Below are positions 1 through 10,629 of a stretch of 64,000 bases of DNA, one piece after another. The first letter of the stretch is position 1. Each line of letters begins with the position of its first letter. The position numbers and the translations under genes were made by a program. Under the pieces are notes generated by a model that saw nothing but the letters and a program-made list of their open reading frames with translations, was not told the DNA's origin and made no database searches. The stretch comes from Candidatus Sysuiplasma jiujiangense (GTDB lineage: Archaea; Thermoplasmatota; Thermoplasmata; Sysuiplasmatales; Sysuiplasmataceae), in contig JAHEAD010000007.1 of the NCBI GenBank assembly GCA_019721075.1, positions 1 to 64,000 of the forward strand, given 5' to 3'.

Positions 1-98
1 GCAAGTTCATCCAGTCTTGCACTGTCCTCATCGGACAGCATCAGTTCCTTTCTCCGCCAATAGTTTCTTATCCTTTCATCCACATCCATTTCCGACAT
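1..98 (-). CDS. Hypothetical protein, N-terminus only (runs off the window edge)
   Basis: ATG at 98 after a GAGAGG-like RBS; open frame MSEMDVDERIRNYWRRKELMLSDEDSARLDEL to the edge. Confidence 0.4.
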   Translation of the reverse strand, partial: MSEMDVDERIRNYWRRKELMLSDEDSARLDEL

Positions 99-404
99 GT
101 GTTCTATTACCTCTCCGGGATTTCATCCATCCCGGAGAGGACATGTCTTTTTGATCGAAAAATGTACCGGTCACTGACTTTGTTCTGCAACTGGCGGTTT
201 CAAATATAAGATCCTCAAATCTTTATGACCCCGTTTTCAGTGTTGCGGTCTAACCTTCTAAGGGCTGGATGTTTTTTGAACGTCTTGCCAATGACAATGA
301 CATATCGATTGAAGGGTTGCCCGCGTTGTTTTTGCCTAGTGTACTTTTGTGAGGAATGACCGGTTGAGATGTGACTGTTAACCTGTGCACCGGACCTGCG
401 TTGG

Positions 405-1230
405 ATGCATGAACCTCTGTTATCTTCCAAGAGCCCTGTGTTTGCAGGGCCGCAACAGGAGATAGATGAACTTACACGTGTGCCGATATCATGGCGCGGC
501 TGGACACCGACAATTTATTTCCTGATGCCAGATCGCAGATGCAAATTAGCCAATATGAATGTCACGTCCACGTCGGTTAGTAGGCAAATGACAAGGTTCC
601 CACGCTCAAAGAAGTGTTGATTCTGAAGGCGTATTTCTCTCCATTGATCCAGTCAGCATCTTCAAACAGAGCATTGTCCAGACTCAATCCACCAAAGCGC
701 TTTGAGGTATGTGAACCACAGGGCGCTTTCGTCTTTGACAATGGATTTTTCCCAGAGCATCTCGTAATCGGTCTTGTTGGTAAACAATCCGACAAGGTGT
801 TGGATAGATGAGAGTTTGAAGCAAACAGGATGACAACTCTGGCTTGTGACGTATCAATAAAAGCTGATGAAAATTACGTAAGGGGGCTGATTCAAAACGG
901 AGAGTCGTCAACGGCTGAGTTTAAGGAAAGCATCGATGGCGCGGACGGTTGGATCAAAACCGTTTGTGCATTTTCGAATAGAGATGGCGGGCTTATAATT
1001 TTTGGTGTCAAACATTATTGTTCTATTGCGGGACCAAACTAATAGATACCGACAGGATCGCAAATAAGTTGCGCGCACTGATAGAGCCATTTCCTGATTA
1101 TGAATAACCAGGAATCGAGACGGATGACAAGATATTTACTACCTGCAGATAGGCCGTGGTTCTCAGAAAAAGTATGTTGTTAGGGTCCTGGCAGTGTTCA
1201 TACGCGCCAAACCACAACCTGTCACTAAAC
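405..1230 (+). pseudogene. Degraded gene with a C-terminal Schlafen/AlbA_2 domain
   Basis: 830..1042 reads LIQNGESSTAEFKES...KTVCAFSNRDGGLIIFGV (AlbA_2 signature). The 614..811 ORF is in the same frame, separated by one TGA. The domain continues in shifted frames (RALIEPFP; YLQIGRGSQKKYVV...FIR). Confidence 0.75.
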
Positions 1231-1337
1231 TTGTTACGAGCTTTTATCGCTTAATGATCAAGCAACCCAGACTCAATAGTCTACAGTCGTTTGTTTATGA
1301 AATCCAGTCTTACCGAACTTCATCTGGCCTGTTCCTC

Positions 1338-4300
1338 TCATGTCGTCTTTGTCGGTGATGACCTCACCTGTTTCGAAGGTTGAATCCAGCACCAGCACAC
1401 CCTCTTAAGCTTCAATCCGCCTGCCTGTCCTGCTGGTTCCTGACCAGAATCGGTCGACTCTTGCAGCAGTTCCCTCGCCTTATCGATGAGCCTGCCCTCC
1501 TTCCTTGCCTTATTCAGGGCAGAAACAAGACTCTGAGTGTTCGATCTGGCTCTGAACCTTGCAGCAAGTGTTTCGCCATCTCCCCCACTGTTTGCAAGTT
1601 CGTCAAATATCTCCTTCACTGCTTTTGTCGCTCTTAGAGGGGTACCTCCCGTCGTTATCTCTCTCTGCCGTCTTTTCTTAAGCTCCATTCTGAGCGATTC
1701 CTTCATTTCCCTCATTCTTTCAAGCAAACGACCGTAATCGATCCTCTCTCCATGATTTTCGGCTTCTCCATCAAGCAGTATGGAGACAGTGTCATTAATA
1801 GAGTCGCTTATTTCCCTGTCACCGTCGAAGTATTTGGTACGCCAGTAAAGATCTTGGCCGTTCCTGAACAGCACGAACATGGCGTCCCTGTCCCCCTTCT
1901 TGAAGGCGCCGATGCCATCGGGTATCCTCTCCAGCCATTCGATGGATCTGTCCTGGATTATCTTTGCGAGTGTGTCGAGAGGATCGCTCGTGAACTGCTC
2001 GAGCTCCCGAGAAAGCTTCTCTATTGCAGAAAAGTTTCCCTTTGACATTTCAATCTGTAATCCAAAATCCTTTGGATCCGCTTCCTCGCCGAGTGTCGTT
2101 GCGTCGATACCAATTGTGGCGCGTATAGCATCTAACTTCTTGTAAAGCTTCCCCATGAGGCCTAGAAAATGTTCCAGCGTTTTGGGATCGTCACGGTTGC
2201 CGTTCACGGAGAGTATGTTGCTCACATACACCTTGTCGTGGACGGAACCCATTCTGTCGACTCTTCCAATCCGCTGTATTAGAACGACAGGATTCCATGG
2301 AAAATCGTAGTTGACCACGTACTGCGCGTTTTGCAGGTTCTGCCCTTCGCTCAGAACATCGGTGCTGACGAGTATGCCGCCATTGTTCTGGAACTCTTCG
2401 ATTATCGCCGATTTCTCTCTGTTGCGCCCTTTTGCATCCCTGCAGATGCTTCCGGTAACCATCATTACGGGCAATGCAGCCGATGACTTGGAAAGCCTGT
2501 CGTAAAGGTATGTCGCGGTTGAGGTAAACTGCGAAAATATTATGACGCCGTTGTTATCATCTGAGGCAATGGCTTTGGTTATGACGCTTAATCTCGATGC
2601 AAAGGTAGCGAACTTCGGATCATTTGCAGGAATTTCCGAGAGAAGTGAGTCGATAGTCGTAACGTCTTCCCTGCACTTTGCAACAAACTGCGCCACTTCA
2701 TCCCGGGTCAGTTTGCACCTTTCCTTGATTTCCGAGTACTTCCCTTCCCTGAAGATATCTTCGGGAGAGGGCAGCTCCTCGTCAAAATCGAACAGCGGAT
2801 CGTTCCTGAATGATGGCGGAATGAAATAGCTCTTTTCGTCAGCGAATGCGATTGCCTTTTCGATATAGTCACGGAGCATGCCTAGTGTATCCTCAAAAGC
2901 TTTCGAGCTGCTTTCGAGGCGTTTGAATATACCGATGATTACAATTGCCTTGACCAGCTTCTTCAGGTTGTCCCTTTTGCTTTGCTCAACCGCCTTCGGG
3001 ACTGGGGTACCGTCCGGCATTTTCAACTGACCACTTAGCCTGTCTATGGACAGGTCGTAGAACATGAAATTCATTTTGTCGAGCAGCGCGTCTATCTTCT
3101 CGTAATCAATCCTGGCATCGTATCGCGTCAGCGGATCCATGTCAAGTTCCCTTTCGGGAAATTTGAGCTTCCCTTCGCCGAGCGCAACCGCGAGCCTTCT
3201 CGAATGCCTCACGATGAAGCGCTCAAGAACCTTCTCCAAATCGATGGGCTCTCCCCTCAGCCATCTCTTCTGGTTTGCAGTGAAGAAACCCTTGAGCGTC
3301 TGGTCAAGGATGTCGGTAATGCAATCCTCGGGAAGGTAAAGCGACAGGAGCGAATACAAATCCATCAGGCTGTTATTTACCGGTGTGGCGGTTGCTAGCA
3401 CCACCTGTGCCTTTGTCCTGAGCAGCAGATCCCTTAGAGCACCGTACCTGTTAGTGGAGGGGCGCCTGAAATCGTGCGCTTCATCCACAATGACGAGGCC
3501 CACGTCGGAAAACTTCTTGTTGTCGAAATAATCAGGATGATCGGAAAGTGACTCGGTTGAGATGGTTTCGTCGAGAGAGATATGCGTCTTGGCAAATTCA
3601 TGTTTCCATGTGGTGGCAAGGACGCTTGCTGGTGCTATGAGAAGGCATTTCTTTCCCTCCCTTATGGCATTCAGGGCAAGGCTGAGAGCTATCCTGCTCT
3701 TGCCAAGTCCGGTAGCGTCTGCAACAACCACGCCGTTGTACCGCTCAAGCATGAGCAGCGCGTCCCTGACTGTCAGTTTCTGGTGCGGCATAAGTGTCTC
3801 GAGCACCTTCTGACTTTCCACAGAAACATCAAGTGTATCCTTGTAAGTTTCATACAGTGCCTTTGCAGCTACCTCATAAGGGCTCCTTGTGGTAACGTAA
3901 TTCTTCAGTACCGACAGAAACTCCTCCTTGAAATCTGTCGAATGCTCCCACGCACCGTTAAACCATGACACAAGTTCATTGACCACTTCCCTATCCGTGT
4001 TCAGCATGTTGAGTTCCCTGTTGGTGACAAGGCCTCCCTTTGTGAAATTACTTGACCCCACGACGCCTATCCCTCTCTTCAGGTTGTCCAGTGCAGGAGC
4101 GGCACCGATGTACGCCTTGCCGTGAAAGAAGGGACCCTTCAGAGCCCTGACACTGACCCTTTCACCTTCAAAGAATTCAACTGCGTTCTGCAGAAGTTCG
4201 AAATAACGGCGTTCGTCCTCGTTTTCCTCAAGCTCTCTGATAATCTCCTCTTCCCATTTTACGCTTTCAGTCTGGGCGCGGCCAAGAAGAAACTTCAGTG

Positions 4301-4445
4301 GTTTGTTCCTGAGGGCGTCCTTCAGTTCACCATATCCATTTACGTTGAAGTAGGCGGATGCAATGGCGATATCATCCGCATCTTCAAGAGCGTTATTCAG
4401 GGTTGCAGACAGTTTTTCCTTTGAATTGTCAATTATCCTGGTCAT
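1338..4445 (-). CDS. PLD-nuclease / SNF2-family helicase fusion (restriction-modification associated)
   Basis: N-terminal PLD motifs ASAYF, FHGKAYI, VGSSNFT..GL..NRELN; SF2 motifs ADATGLGKS, DEAH, TATP, STDVLSEGQNLQ, NYDFPWNP..LIQRIGRVDR. Confidence 0.9.
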   Translation of the reverse strand: MTRIIDNSKEKLSATLNNALEDADDIAIASAYFNVNGYGELKDALRNKPLKFLLGRAQTESVKWEEEIIRELEENEDERRYFELLQNAVEFFEGERVSVRALKGPFFHGKAYIGAAPALDNLKRGIGVVGSSNFTKGGLVTNRELNMLNTDREVVNELVSWFNGAWEHSTDFKEEFLSVLKNYVTTRSPYEVAAKALYETYKDTLDVSVESQKVLETLMPHQKLTVRDALLMLERYNGVVVADATGLGKSRIALSLALNAIREGKKCLLIAPASVLATTWKHEFAKTHISLDETISTESLSDHPDYFDNKKFSDVGLVIVDEAHDFRRPSTNRYGALRDLLLRTKAQVVLATATPVNNSLMDLYSLLSLYLPEDCITDILDQTLKGFFTANQKRWLRGEPIDLEKVLERFIVRHSRRLAVALGEGKLKFPERELDMDPLTRYDARIDYEKIDALLDKMNFMFYDLSIDRLSGQLKMPDGTPVPKAVEQSKRDNLKKLVKAIVIIGIFKRLESSSKAFEDTLGMLRDYIEKAIAFADEKSYFIPPSFRNDPLFDFDEELPSPEDIFREGKYSEIKERCKLTRDEVAQFVAKCREDVTTIDSLLSEIPANDPKFATFASRLSVITKAIASDDNNGVIIFSQFTSTATYLYDRLSKSSAALPVMMVTGSICRDAKGRNREKSAIIEEFQNNGGILVSTDVLSEGQNLQNAQYVVNYDFPWNPVVLIQRIGRVDRMGSVHDKVYVSNILSVNGNRDDPKTLEHFLGLMGKLYKKLDAIRATIGIDATTLGEEADPKDFGLQIEMSKGNFSAIEKLSRELEQFTSDPLDTLAKIIQDRSIEWLERIPDGIGAFKKGDRDAMFVLFRNGQDLYWRTKYFDGDREISDSINDTVSILLDGEAENHGERIDYGRLLERMREMKESLRMELKKRRQREITTGGTPLRATKAVKEIFDELANSGGDGETLAARFRARSNTQSLVSALNKARKEGRLIDKARELLQESTDSGQEPAGQAGGLKLKRVCWCWIQPSKQVRSSPTKTT

Positions 4446-7400
4446 TTATTGCCCCCTGTGATTTCAATCCCCTGTCGGCCTTGATCAAACGATCATCAAC
4501 TAGGTCAACGTATTCTTTATAAAACTCAGCTAGTGGAAAATTATTGGCGCCTATAGCTCTTAAGACTTCGATATCTAACTTTTGTCTGTCTTCCATTTTG
4601 ACCTCTTCAAAATATCTCTTTGCTTCTCTGTTCAATGAAACACCAACGTTTGCTAAATCCAGCTTGCCCAAATCCGGTGCGGGCATCTGTTCGTAGTCAT
4701 TTACCTGAATCTTTAATGCACCTCCACCCATTCTCTTACCAAGAAGTTCTTTACAAACGTGAAAGATTGATGAATTCATATACAAGAAAATAGTCGCCAC
4801 TTCAGTCTGCTTTGGATAAATCAGTACAAACATATCAGAAGCCAATGTGGAATTAACAGAGTATAAAGTGAAATGCCGATCGTTTACAACTTCGTTAGAA
4901 ATCAAATTCGCAGGATCGAGCCTTCGAAGATTATACCACTTTGGAGAGTTGTTTGAAACACTCTGCAATTTGTGGACCCCAATCACAACACTTCCTTTCT
5001 TGGTTCCTTTCTGAATGACGAACTCGCGGTTCATCGCTTGATGAATATACCTAAGCGAAAATTGACCTGGTTCTCTCTTAATGTCTGGATAAAATGCGTA
5101 CTTTTTGGGCTTCTTAATGATGTAAGTATTAGTCTCCTTTGGGCTCCTTACAACCGGAATGACGTCGGTACTATCTATTACGTATCTTTCTCTGCTCTCA
5201 TTTTCTACATAGATGAGCCCTTGATCCTTCAACCCACTTTCTTCCTTCGTCTTCACTCCCCACTCTTCGAACTTCTTCGGATTTGCAAGATAATCGGTCT
5301 CGTATAGGTGGCTTACGTCCTTCATGTAGAAGAAGTCGTTAGCGCCGGTTTTAATCCCAAATTTAATTTCAGCAAAATCTCCGAGTTTGTGTGTGAGTTT
5401 TGGAAGTATCTTTTCCATGAACACCTTCGGCGCGCGAAGGTAGAACCACTTACCGGGCTGGAGGCCCTTCCTCGGGATGGCGTAATGCAGTCGAACCTTT
5501 TCCAGCCCATAAGTCTCGAGGTAAGTAAAATCTATGGCGGGTTTGCTGTTTGGCCGCGAAGTGCATACGGTAACAACGGTGTTGATGTCTGCACCAAAGC
5601 TCCTCTCCCTCTGGCCGTATATTGCGACTATATTGTCCTTTATCCGCCGCTGAAGGGTTATACCGTAACCAGTCTCAAGCCATTTGTCAGATGTTATGAC
5701 GGACAGGACACCATCGTCTGAGACAAGATTGAGCGCCCTGATGAAGAAATACGCATACAGGTCGGATTTCCTGTCGATGCCGAACTTGTCGGTGTAGTAT
5801 TTCTTCCTGGCCTGTGGAATGCCCTCCTGCCTTACGTACGGTGGATTCATGACCAGTATCTGAGCCTTTTGCGGCATGTGCATTTCGATGACAGATGGGC
5901 TGTTCCCCGTCCGCTTCGATATTTCAGCACTCAAGCGAGCCATTTCCTTTCTCAGTTTTGCCTTCTCATGTGGAGAGTGTTCATTCACATACACGGCGTG
6001 AATGCGGTTGTACTGCTCCCTGACCGACTCCGTTTCCTGGTCAAGCGTGCGCTGGCCATCAGGCAGCTGCAGCGAGTCGTCAATGGCGACAATGTTGAAA
6101 TCCAGATTCGGCAGCGGTTCAGGTTCCTTCTCGTCTATTATCAGCGAGAGCCAGAGCCTGAGTCGGGCAATCTCGATTGCCTCTGACTCTATGTCAAAAC
6201 CGTACAGGTTGGGCAATATTCTCTTCTTGTGTGCCTCCGGATCTGATTTCCACCCTACAATCGCTTCCGCCTCCTGTATCAGCGCTATGATCTCGTTCAT
6301 AATCACCAGAAGGAACCCGCCTGAACCAACTGCAGGATCTAGCACCCTCAAAGAGAGCAGTCTTTCACGCAATTCCCTGACTTCCTTCTCGCTCTTCCTG
6401 CTTTTCATGTCTGCGATGAGCGCATGCAATCCATCCCTGAATTTCTCACTCTTTTCAGCTTCTTCGACAGTATCATGGCTGCCGAGATATTCAGCAAGCG
6501 CCCTCCTGCAGATGAATGAGCTTTCATTCAAGGGCGTGTAGAACGTTCCTTTGCCGCCCCTTTCATTCTCCGGCAGCATGTTCTCGAAGACAGTTCCGAT
6601 CAGGGCTGGATCGATGCTTACCTCCAGTTCAAGAGGGGCTGTTTCATCAACTGTGAAATTAAACTGGTTGAAGAAGTCCTTGGCATCCCTGAACATGCCA
6701 TCCATTACACGGTCAAGTTTCCGTTCCATAGAATCGGTCATGTATTCCTCGCGTTCGAACAGGGAGCCGTTGAGGAAGGGGATGCCATCTGTACCCTCTC
6801 TGCTGAGGCTTTCATAGAAAAGCTCATTGAGATGCCTATAGCCTTCGATGGTGTCGATGAACCTCCTGTTCTTTCTCAGCCAGCCTTTCCTCTGCAGGAA
6901 ATAGAGGAACATGAGTCTGCCAAGGAATCTCTGCGCATACGATGTGCTGTGCTTTCCCAGAAACGGCCTGACTGCCTTCTCGATATCCTGATAGAGTCTC
7001 CGATAACCTTCGAAGAACTCTTCGCGCACTTTCTCATAGGGGAAGAATGAAGTGTCGTAGAGATGTGAAAGCTCTTGAGGGTTGTCAACGTATCTGATGG
7101 AGTTCAGCACTTCGATGTCCGTCCTGTAAAGCCGGTCGGCGAGTTTGAGTATCTTCGCCTCACCGTAAGCGCCTTTGCCCGGAACTATCACGGCAAAGGA
7201 TTCATACCTGTTTGTGAACAGCAGCAGCGGTTTCAGCAGCCTGTTCTCCTTCCAGCGTCTTGCCGTCTGGGTGCACAGACTCCTCGAGAAGCCGGAGCCC
7301 GAATCAACCTCCACGATCGCGATTTCAATGAAGCTGTTGGAAAACATGCTTAAAACTCTGGCAGGTTGAAAGTTAGGCGGGAACACTCGCTGTTTTCTCA

Positions 7401-7500
7401 ATGTTTCTATATCCAGCATCTCTTCTTTCACCGGATAACCCAACTGTTCCAGTTGTGATTTCCAGAAAGAGACGTTGAAATTTATGACATCGCCTGCCAT
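4429..7500 (-). CDS. Type IIG/Eco57I-like N6-adenine DNA methyltransferase with C-terminal target-recognition region
   Basis: GTFYTP, DPAVGSGGF (motif I), YGFDI..EAIEIARLRLWL, NPPYVRQE (motif IV), DLYAYF; overlaps the helicase start by 17 nt. Confidence 0.92.
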   Translation of the reverse strand: MAGDVINFNVSFWKSQLEQLGYPVKEEMLDIETLRKQRVFPPNFQPARVLSMFSNSFIEIAIVEVDSGSGFSRSLCTQTARRWKENRLLKPLLLFTNRYESFAVIVPGKGAYGEAKILKLADRLYRTDIEVLNSIRYVDNPQELSHLYDTSFFPYEKVREEFFEGYRRLYQDIEKAVRPFLGKHSTSYAQRFLGRLMFLYFLQRKGWLRKNRRFIDTIEGYRHLNELFYESLSREGTDGIPFLNGSLFEREEYMTDSMERKLDRVMDGMFRDAKDFFNQFNFTVDETAPLELEVSIDPALIGTVFENMLPENERGGKGTFYTPLNESSFICRRALAEYLGSHDTVEEAEKSEKFRDGLHALIADMKSRKSEKEVRELRERLLSLRVLDPAVGSGGFLLVIMNEIIALIQEAEAIVGWKSDPEAHKKRILPNLYGFDIESEAIEIARLRLWLSLIIDEKEPEPLPNLDFNIVAIDDSLQLPDGQRTLDQETESVREQYNRIHAVYVNEHSPHEKAKLRKEMARLSAEISKRTGNSPSVIEMHMPQKAQILVMNPPYVRQEGIPQARKKYYTDKFGIDRKSDLYAYFFIRALNLVSDDGVLSVITSDKWLETGYGITLQRRIKDNIVAIYGQRERSFGADINTVVTVCTSRPNSKPAIDFTYLETYGLEKVRLHYAIPRKGLQPGKWFYLRAPKVFMEKILPKLTHKLGDFAEIKFGIKTGANDFFYMKDVSHLYETDYLANPKKFEEWGVKTKEESGLKDQGLIYVENESRERYVIDSTDVIPVVRSPKETNTYIIKKPKKYAFYPDIKREPGQFSLRYIHQAMNREFVIQKGTKKGSVVIGVHKLQSVSNNSPKWYNLRRLDPANLISNEVVNDRHFTLYSVNSTLASDMFVLIYPKQTEVATIFLYMNSSIFHVCKELLGKRMGGGALKIQVNDYEQMPAPDLGKLDLANVGVSLNREAKRYFEEVKMEDRQKLDIEVLRAIGANNFPLAEFYKEYVDLVDDRLIKADRGLKSQGAINDQDN

Positions 7501-7652
7501 TGCTCAGCGAATATATCGATACTTTGATAATGGTTGCGCCATGCGGGTTTCCACGCATTCTATCCGAAACTGAAAAGACAAATTTGCATCGATATGCGCC
7601 AGTCCCGTTCGCTGCGCACCATGTCGCCTTATCAGCGCATACGCTGTAGAGA

Positions 7653-8390
7653 TTCCAGTAGGCAATGTCTGTTGCCACGGCTGTGACGGTGGAGCCTTCC
7701 GTCACTTCATTCATGAGCTGACCGGGCCGTGTGCTGTCATCCCATGTCCCTCTCGTTGTCCTTACAGCCAGTGTCATCAGCGAATCTGTGCCTGAAAGCA
7801 CATGTATCTTTCCGTAATCCTTCCTCCCTTCCCTGTACCTGCTGCTCCTCCATGAGCCTGAGCCGTGGAGGAGCAGGCCAGATGAGTCAATCGCGATGAT
7901 AGACTCCTCCTTCCATGCACCCTCTGCAGTGTGCCCAAGGAGCGATTTCAGCGTGACCTCCATGGAAGGCATCCTGTTGTATGCCGCAAGTGTGCTGAAG
8001 TGCGGTATACGGCTCAGGAAACCTGTGAGCCTCCTGCAGCTTACATTGAGGCATGCCTTAACCAAGAGGCACAGCACAATGTCCCTCCTGGCTATTCTGG
8101 GTCTGCCGTCCCTCCTCTCCCAGTAATGCACCCTTGAGTTGTCTACAAGTCCTCTCAACACAGTGCATGCGAGGACGATCTCCTTGCACTGCCATTCGTT
8201 GTATTTTCTCCAGTCCCTCTTCCTTTCATGGCACCTGCTTCCGCAACGTTTACGTATGCTGTTTGCACTATCTCTTCTCAAGCATCCCATCCCCGGTTTT
8301 GAGCTTCGTGCTCGTGTTAAACCAGGATGGGATGCCCACAATAAAAATCAATTCACGAACACACTGGAATTACACTTTATGTGCAAGGCC
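7653..8390 (-). mobile_element. IS5-family (IS903-like) element, copy A: left end plus 5' part of the transposase, 3' part deleted
   Basis: RDWRKYNEWQ, IPHFSTL, IAIDSSG, KIHV, HD/DDS DDE region; terminal IR GGCCTTGCACATAAA at 8376-8390; close DNA match to 52443-52774. Confidence 0.85.
8376..8390. repeat. 15-bp terminal inverted repeat of the IS5-family element (partner at 52120-52134)
   Basis: tttatgtgcaaggcc here is the exact reverse complement of ggccttgcacataaa at 52120-52134. Confidence 0.9.
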
Positions 8391-8779
8391 ACATTTTCTT
8401 TAACTTTCCTCTAAATGCTCCGGGAGCATGAAATACTCGATCGTGCTGGGGTGCAGGCCGGAAGGACTCGCAAAGATCATAGCAAATTAGGAGCACATCT
8501 CCCAGCATCCGCCGGCAGCGCTTTCAAGTCATCGATATCTGTACTCCAATCTTACGAGGATGAAAGTGCCTTTTCAATCAAGCTGTAGAGGGCGATTTTG
8601 GCTAATGTCTCGGCTCTCGGGCAATAGGTCATGTGGGCCGCCGAGCAAATCAGAAAATCTGCTGATACACATTTTACACAATTTGTCTGGAATGCTTGTT
8701 ATTCTGGCTGACCACCTCATCCATTACCGATTTTCGGATCTTCTCCTGCATGCCCATTGCAGAGGGGAGGGTGGAACAC

Positions 8780-9137
8780 TAAGTGTGGGCAATTTAGTTG
8801 ACCTGCGCATCGAGATTCGATTGTTCTCGCCAGCGTGTTTCTTGCTGATCTGCTGATAGCTGCACGCTCGGTTTCGGTCAGCGCGATGGTTTCGGTGTCG
8901 GGTTGCGATGCCGGTGGGCGGGTCTCTTCTGGATGGTTCGCCTTATATAACCCTGCCTGCTGCCAGATTCTACTTGCCTGACGCTCTGATGGGCCCGTCA
9001 TTGCCGCTACCTCTGCAAGGTGCGGCCTGCGGAAAGGGCATTGAGCACTGTCTCGTTTTGCCGTCTGATTTAGGCCAGAGTCTGTACGGTCACATTTCGG
9101 TCATAAATGCGGTCATACATACGACCGTTTCGAACAT
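8780..9137 (-). mobile_element. Remnant of an IS1202/ISNCY-like transposase N-terminus
   Basis: LAEVAAMTGPSERQASRIW resembles the AAxLLGLSERQVRR HTH; repeated TGACCG motifs just inside a TGT end. Confidence 0.4.
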
Positions 9138-9201
9138 GTGACCGCTTTTTCAGGGCCACATGTTAGGGGTCAGAGAAAAAGCCACGTAGGGGTCGAAAAA
9201 T

Positions 9202-9221
9202 ACGGGCAGAATTCTGCCCGT
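9202..9221. repeat. Perfect 20-bp palindrome ACGGGCAGAATTCTGCCCGT between IS remnants
   Basis: The sequence equals its own reverse complement; preceded by an imperfect tandem GCCAC..TAGGGGTC..GAAAAA. Confidence 0.85.
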
Positions 9222-9324
9222 GGATCAAGAGTGCTAAATGCCCGGGCGTCCGTTTCGGAAATTTCACAGAGTGGTTTAAAAAGGACAGGGGTAGTGCTTT
9301 GGAAGAGGACATCTGTTTCGCACT

Positions 9325-9515
9325 ATGTCGAGCACAACAATTATTTCACCCCCTCCGATAACCCCTGTGGCCAAACTAAGCGAGACACAGATCCGTTTCA
9401 TCTGCAATCATACAGTCCACAGGAAAGACTGGTCTGTCTCACGTATTGCCATACAGTATAGCGTTACCGCAAGGAGGGTAAGACAGCTGGTTGCACAGTA
9501 CAGGAGGACAGGCAT
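9325..9515 (+). mobile_element. IS481-family (archaeal ISA0963-like) transposase N-terminal fragment
   Basis: AKLSETQIRFI...SVSRIAIQYSVTARRVRQLVAQYRRTG HTH; truncated where the next element begins. Confidence 0.65.
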
Positions 9516-9539
9516 CTGCACCGTGTCGAGGAGCATGGC

Positions 9540-10382
9540 AGAAAGGCATCGGCATATGAAATGCCGGCCTCCTTAATCGTCAATTTTATGGTGGACACAT
9601 CGCCTATGCTCCCCTGCACCATCCTGAAGAATGAGAGGCGGTTGCCACTGACATATGTAAGCAGGACATTGTTCAGCTGCGGAATGAAGCCACCACCGGA
9701 GTTGTGGCCGAGCGTGGCTTCCACCATATTGTCGCTCTTTGAGAACACGTGCGACAGGTCTATGACGCACTGCTCCCCCTGAACGAAGTTTGACATGAAA
9801 TCGACAACTCTCTGCCTTCTCAGTCCTGTGTCGTGCAGCAGGTTGCTGACGCTTTCAGGAGATATCCCTGCATCAGGCAGCGCATCGAACAGATGCGATG
9901 ACACGTAGTGCAGGAGCATATTCTTCATCGGCGCCGAATGGAAGAACCGCATTATAGAGCACACAGCAATCTCTTTCCATTCATCTGGGAAGTGTGCTTT
10001 CAGAAGGTCTATTGTGTCAGAGCATTCGGAAAGTATGAATGTCGATACACCGTACTCCCTGTTTGTTATGGACTGCAGCTCATCCATCATCCTGACAGCC
10101 TTCGGTCTGAGAAGACCGTCGGGTGTTATCTTTCCGGGACATTCGAGTTTGATCTTCCTTGACCTCTTTATTGCCGGATCATATTTGCTTGTTACACGGT
10201 AAAGGTATTACTGTCCGTTAAGATGCCTTATATCGGTATCTTTCACTCTGTGTTTCAGTGCCCAGTCAGCTAAGTCCCCTCAATGGGGAGTGCAAGCAAT
10301 CTACTATTTAGATCTGTCTGTCGATTTGCACTCAAAAACAACGATACGCAGGACAGATTACGCAAATCAGCGGAAGTTAGGG
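9540..10382 (-). mobile_element. IS1634/IS4-like transposase pseudogene (5' half)
   Basis: DWALKHRVKDTDIRHLNGQ*YLYRVTSKYDPAIKRSRK (premature stop), EYG, IDLSHVFSKS...GHNS...PQLN, GSIGDVSTI; candidate end CCTAACTTCCGC at about 10382. Confidence 0.7.
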
Positions 10383-10629
10383 CTTAACCAGAGCCGCGAT
10401 TGATATACTAAAGTAACATAGAGGGGAGTCCGAACTCTACTCATCAGGACCATTTATGAAGGAGAAGCCATTCTCGTGACATACAAAAGCCACTTGAACA
10501 GCGACTATTGAGGACGCTCTGGCTATAAGATACCTGCATTTAACAGAATACAGTATATTGCATCGTATTTCATTGTAATACAGTGAATAACAGAGAGCTT
10601 AAATACAAAAAGCGAGTTATCTGCTGGCA

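Noticed and set aside
7373..7652. ORF-track extension of the IS5 transposase over the MTase start
   Set aside because: Homology with copy B stops at about 7653; the remainder is read-through into unrelated DNA
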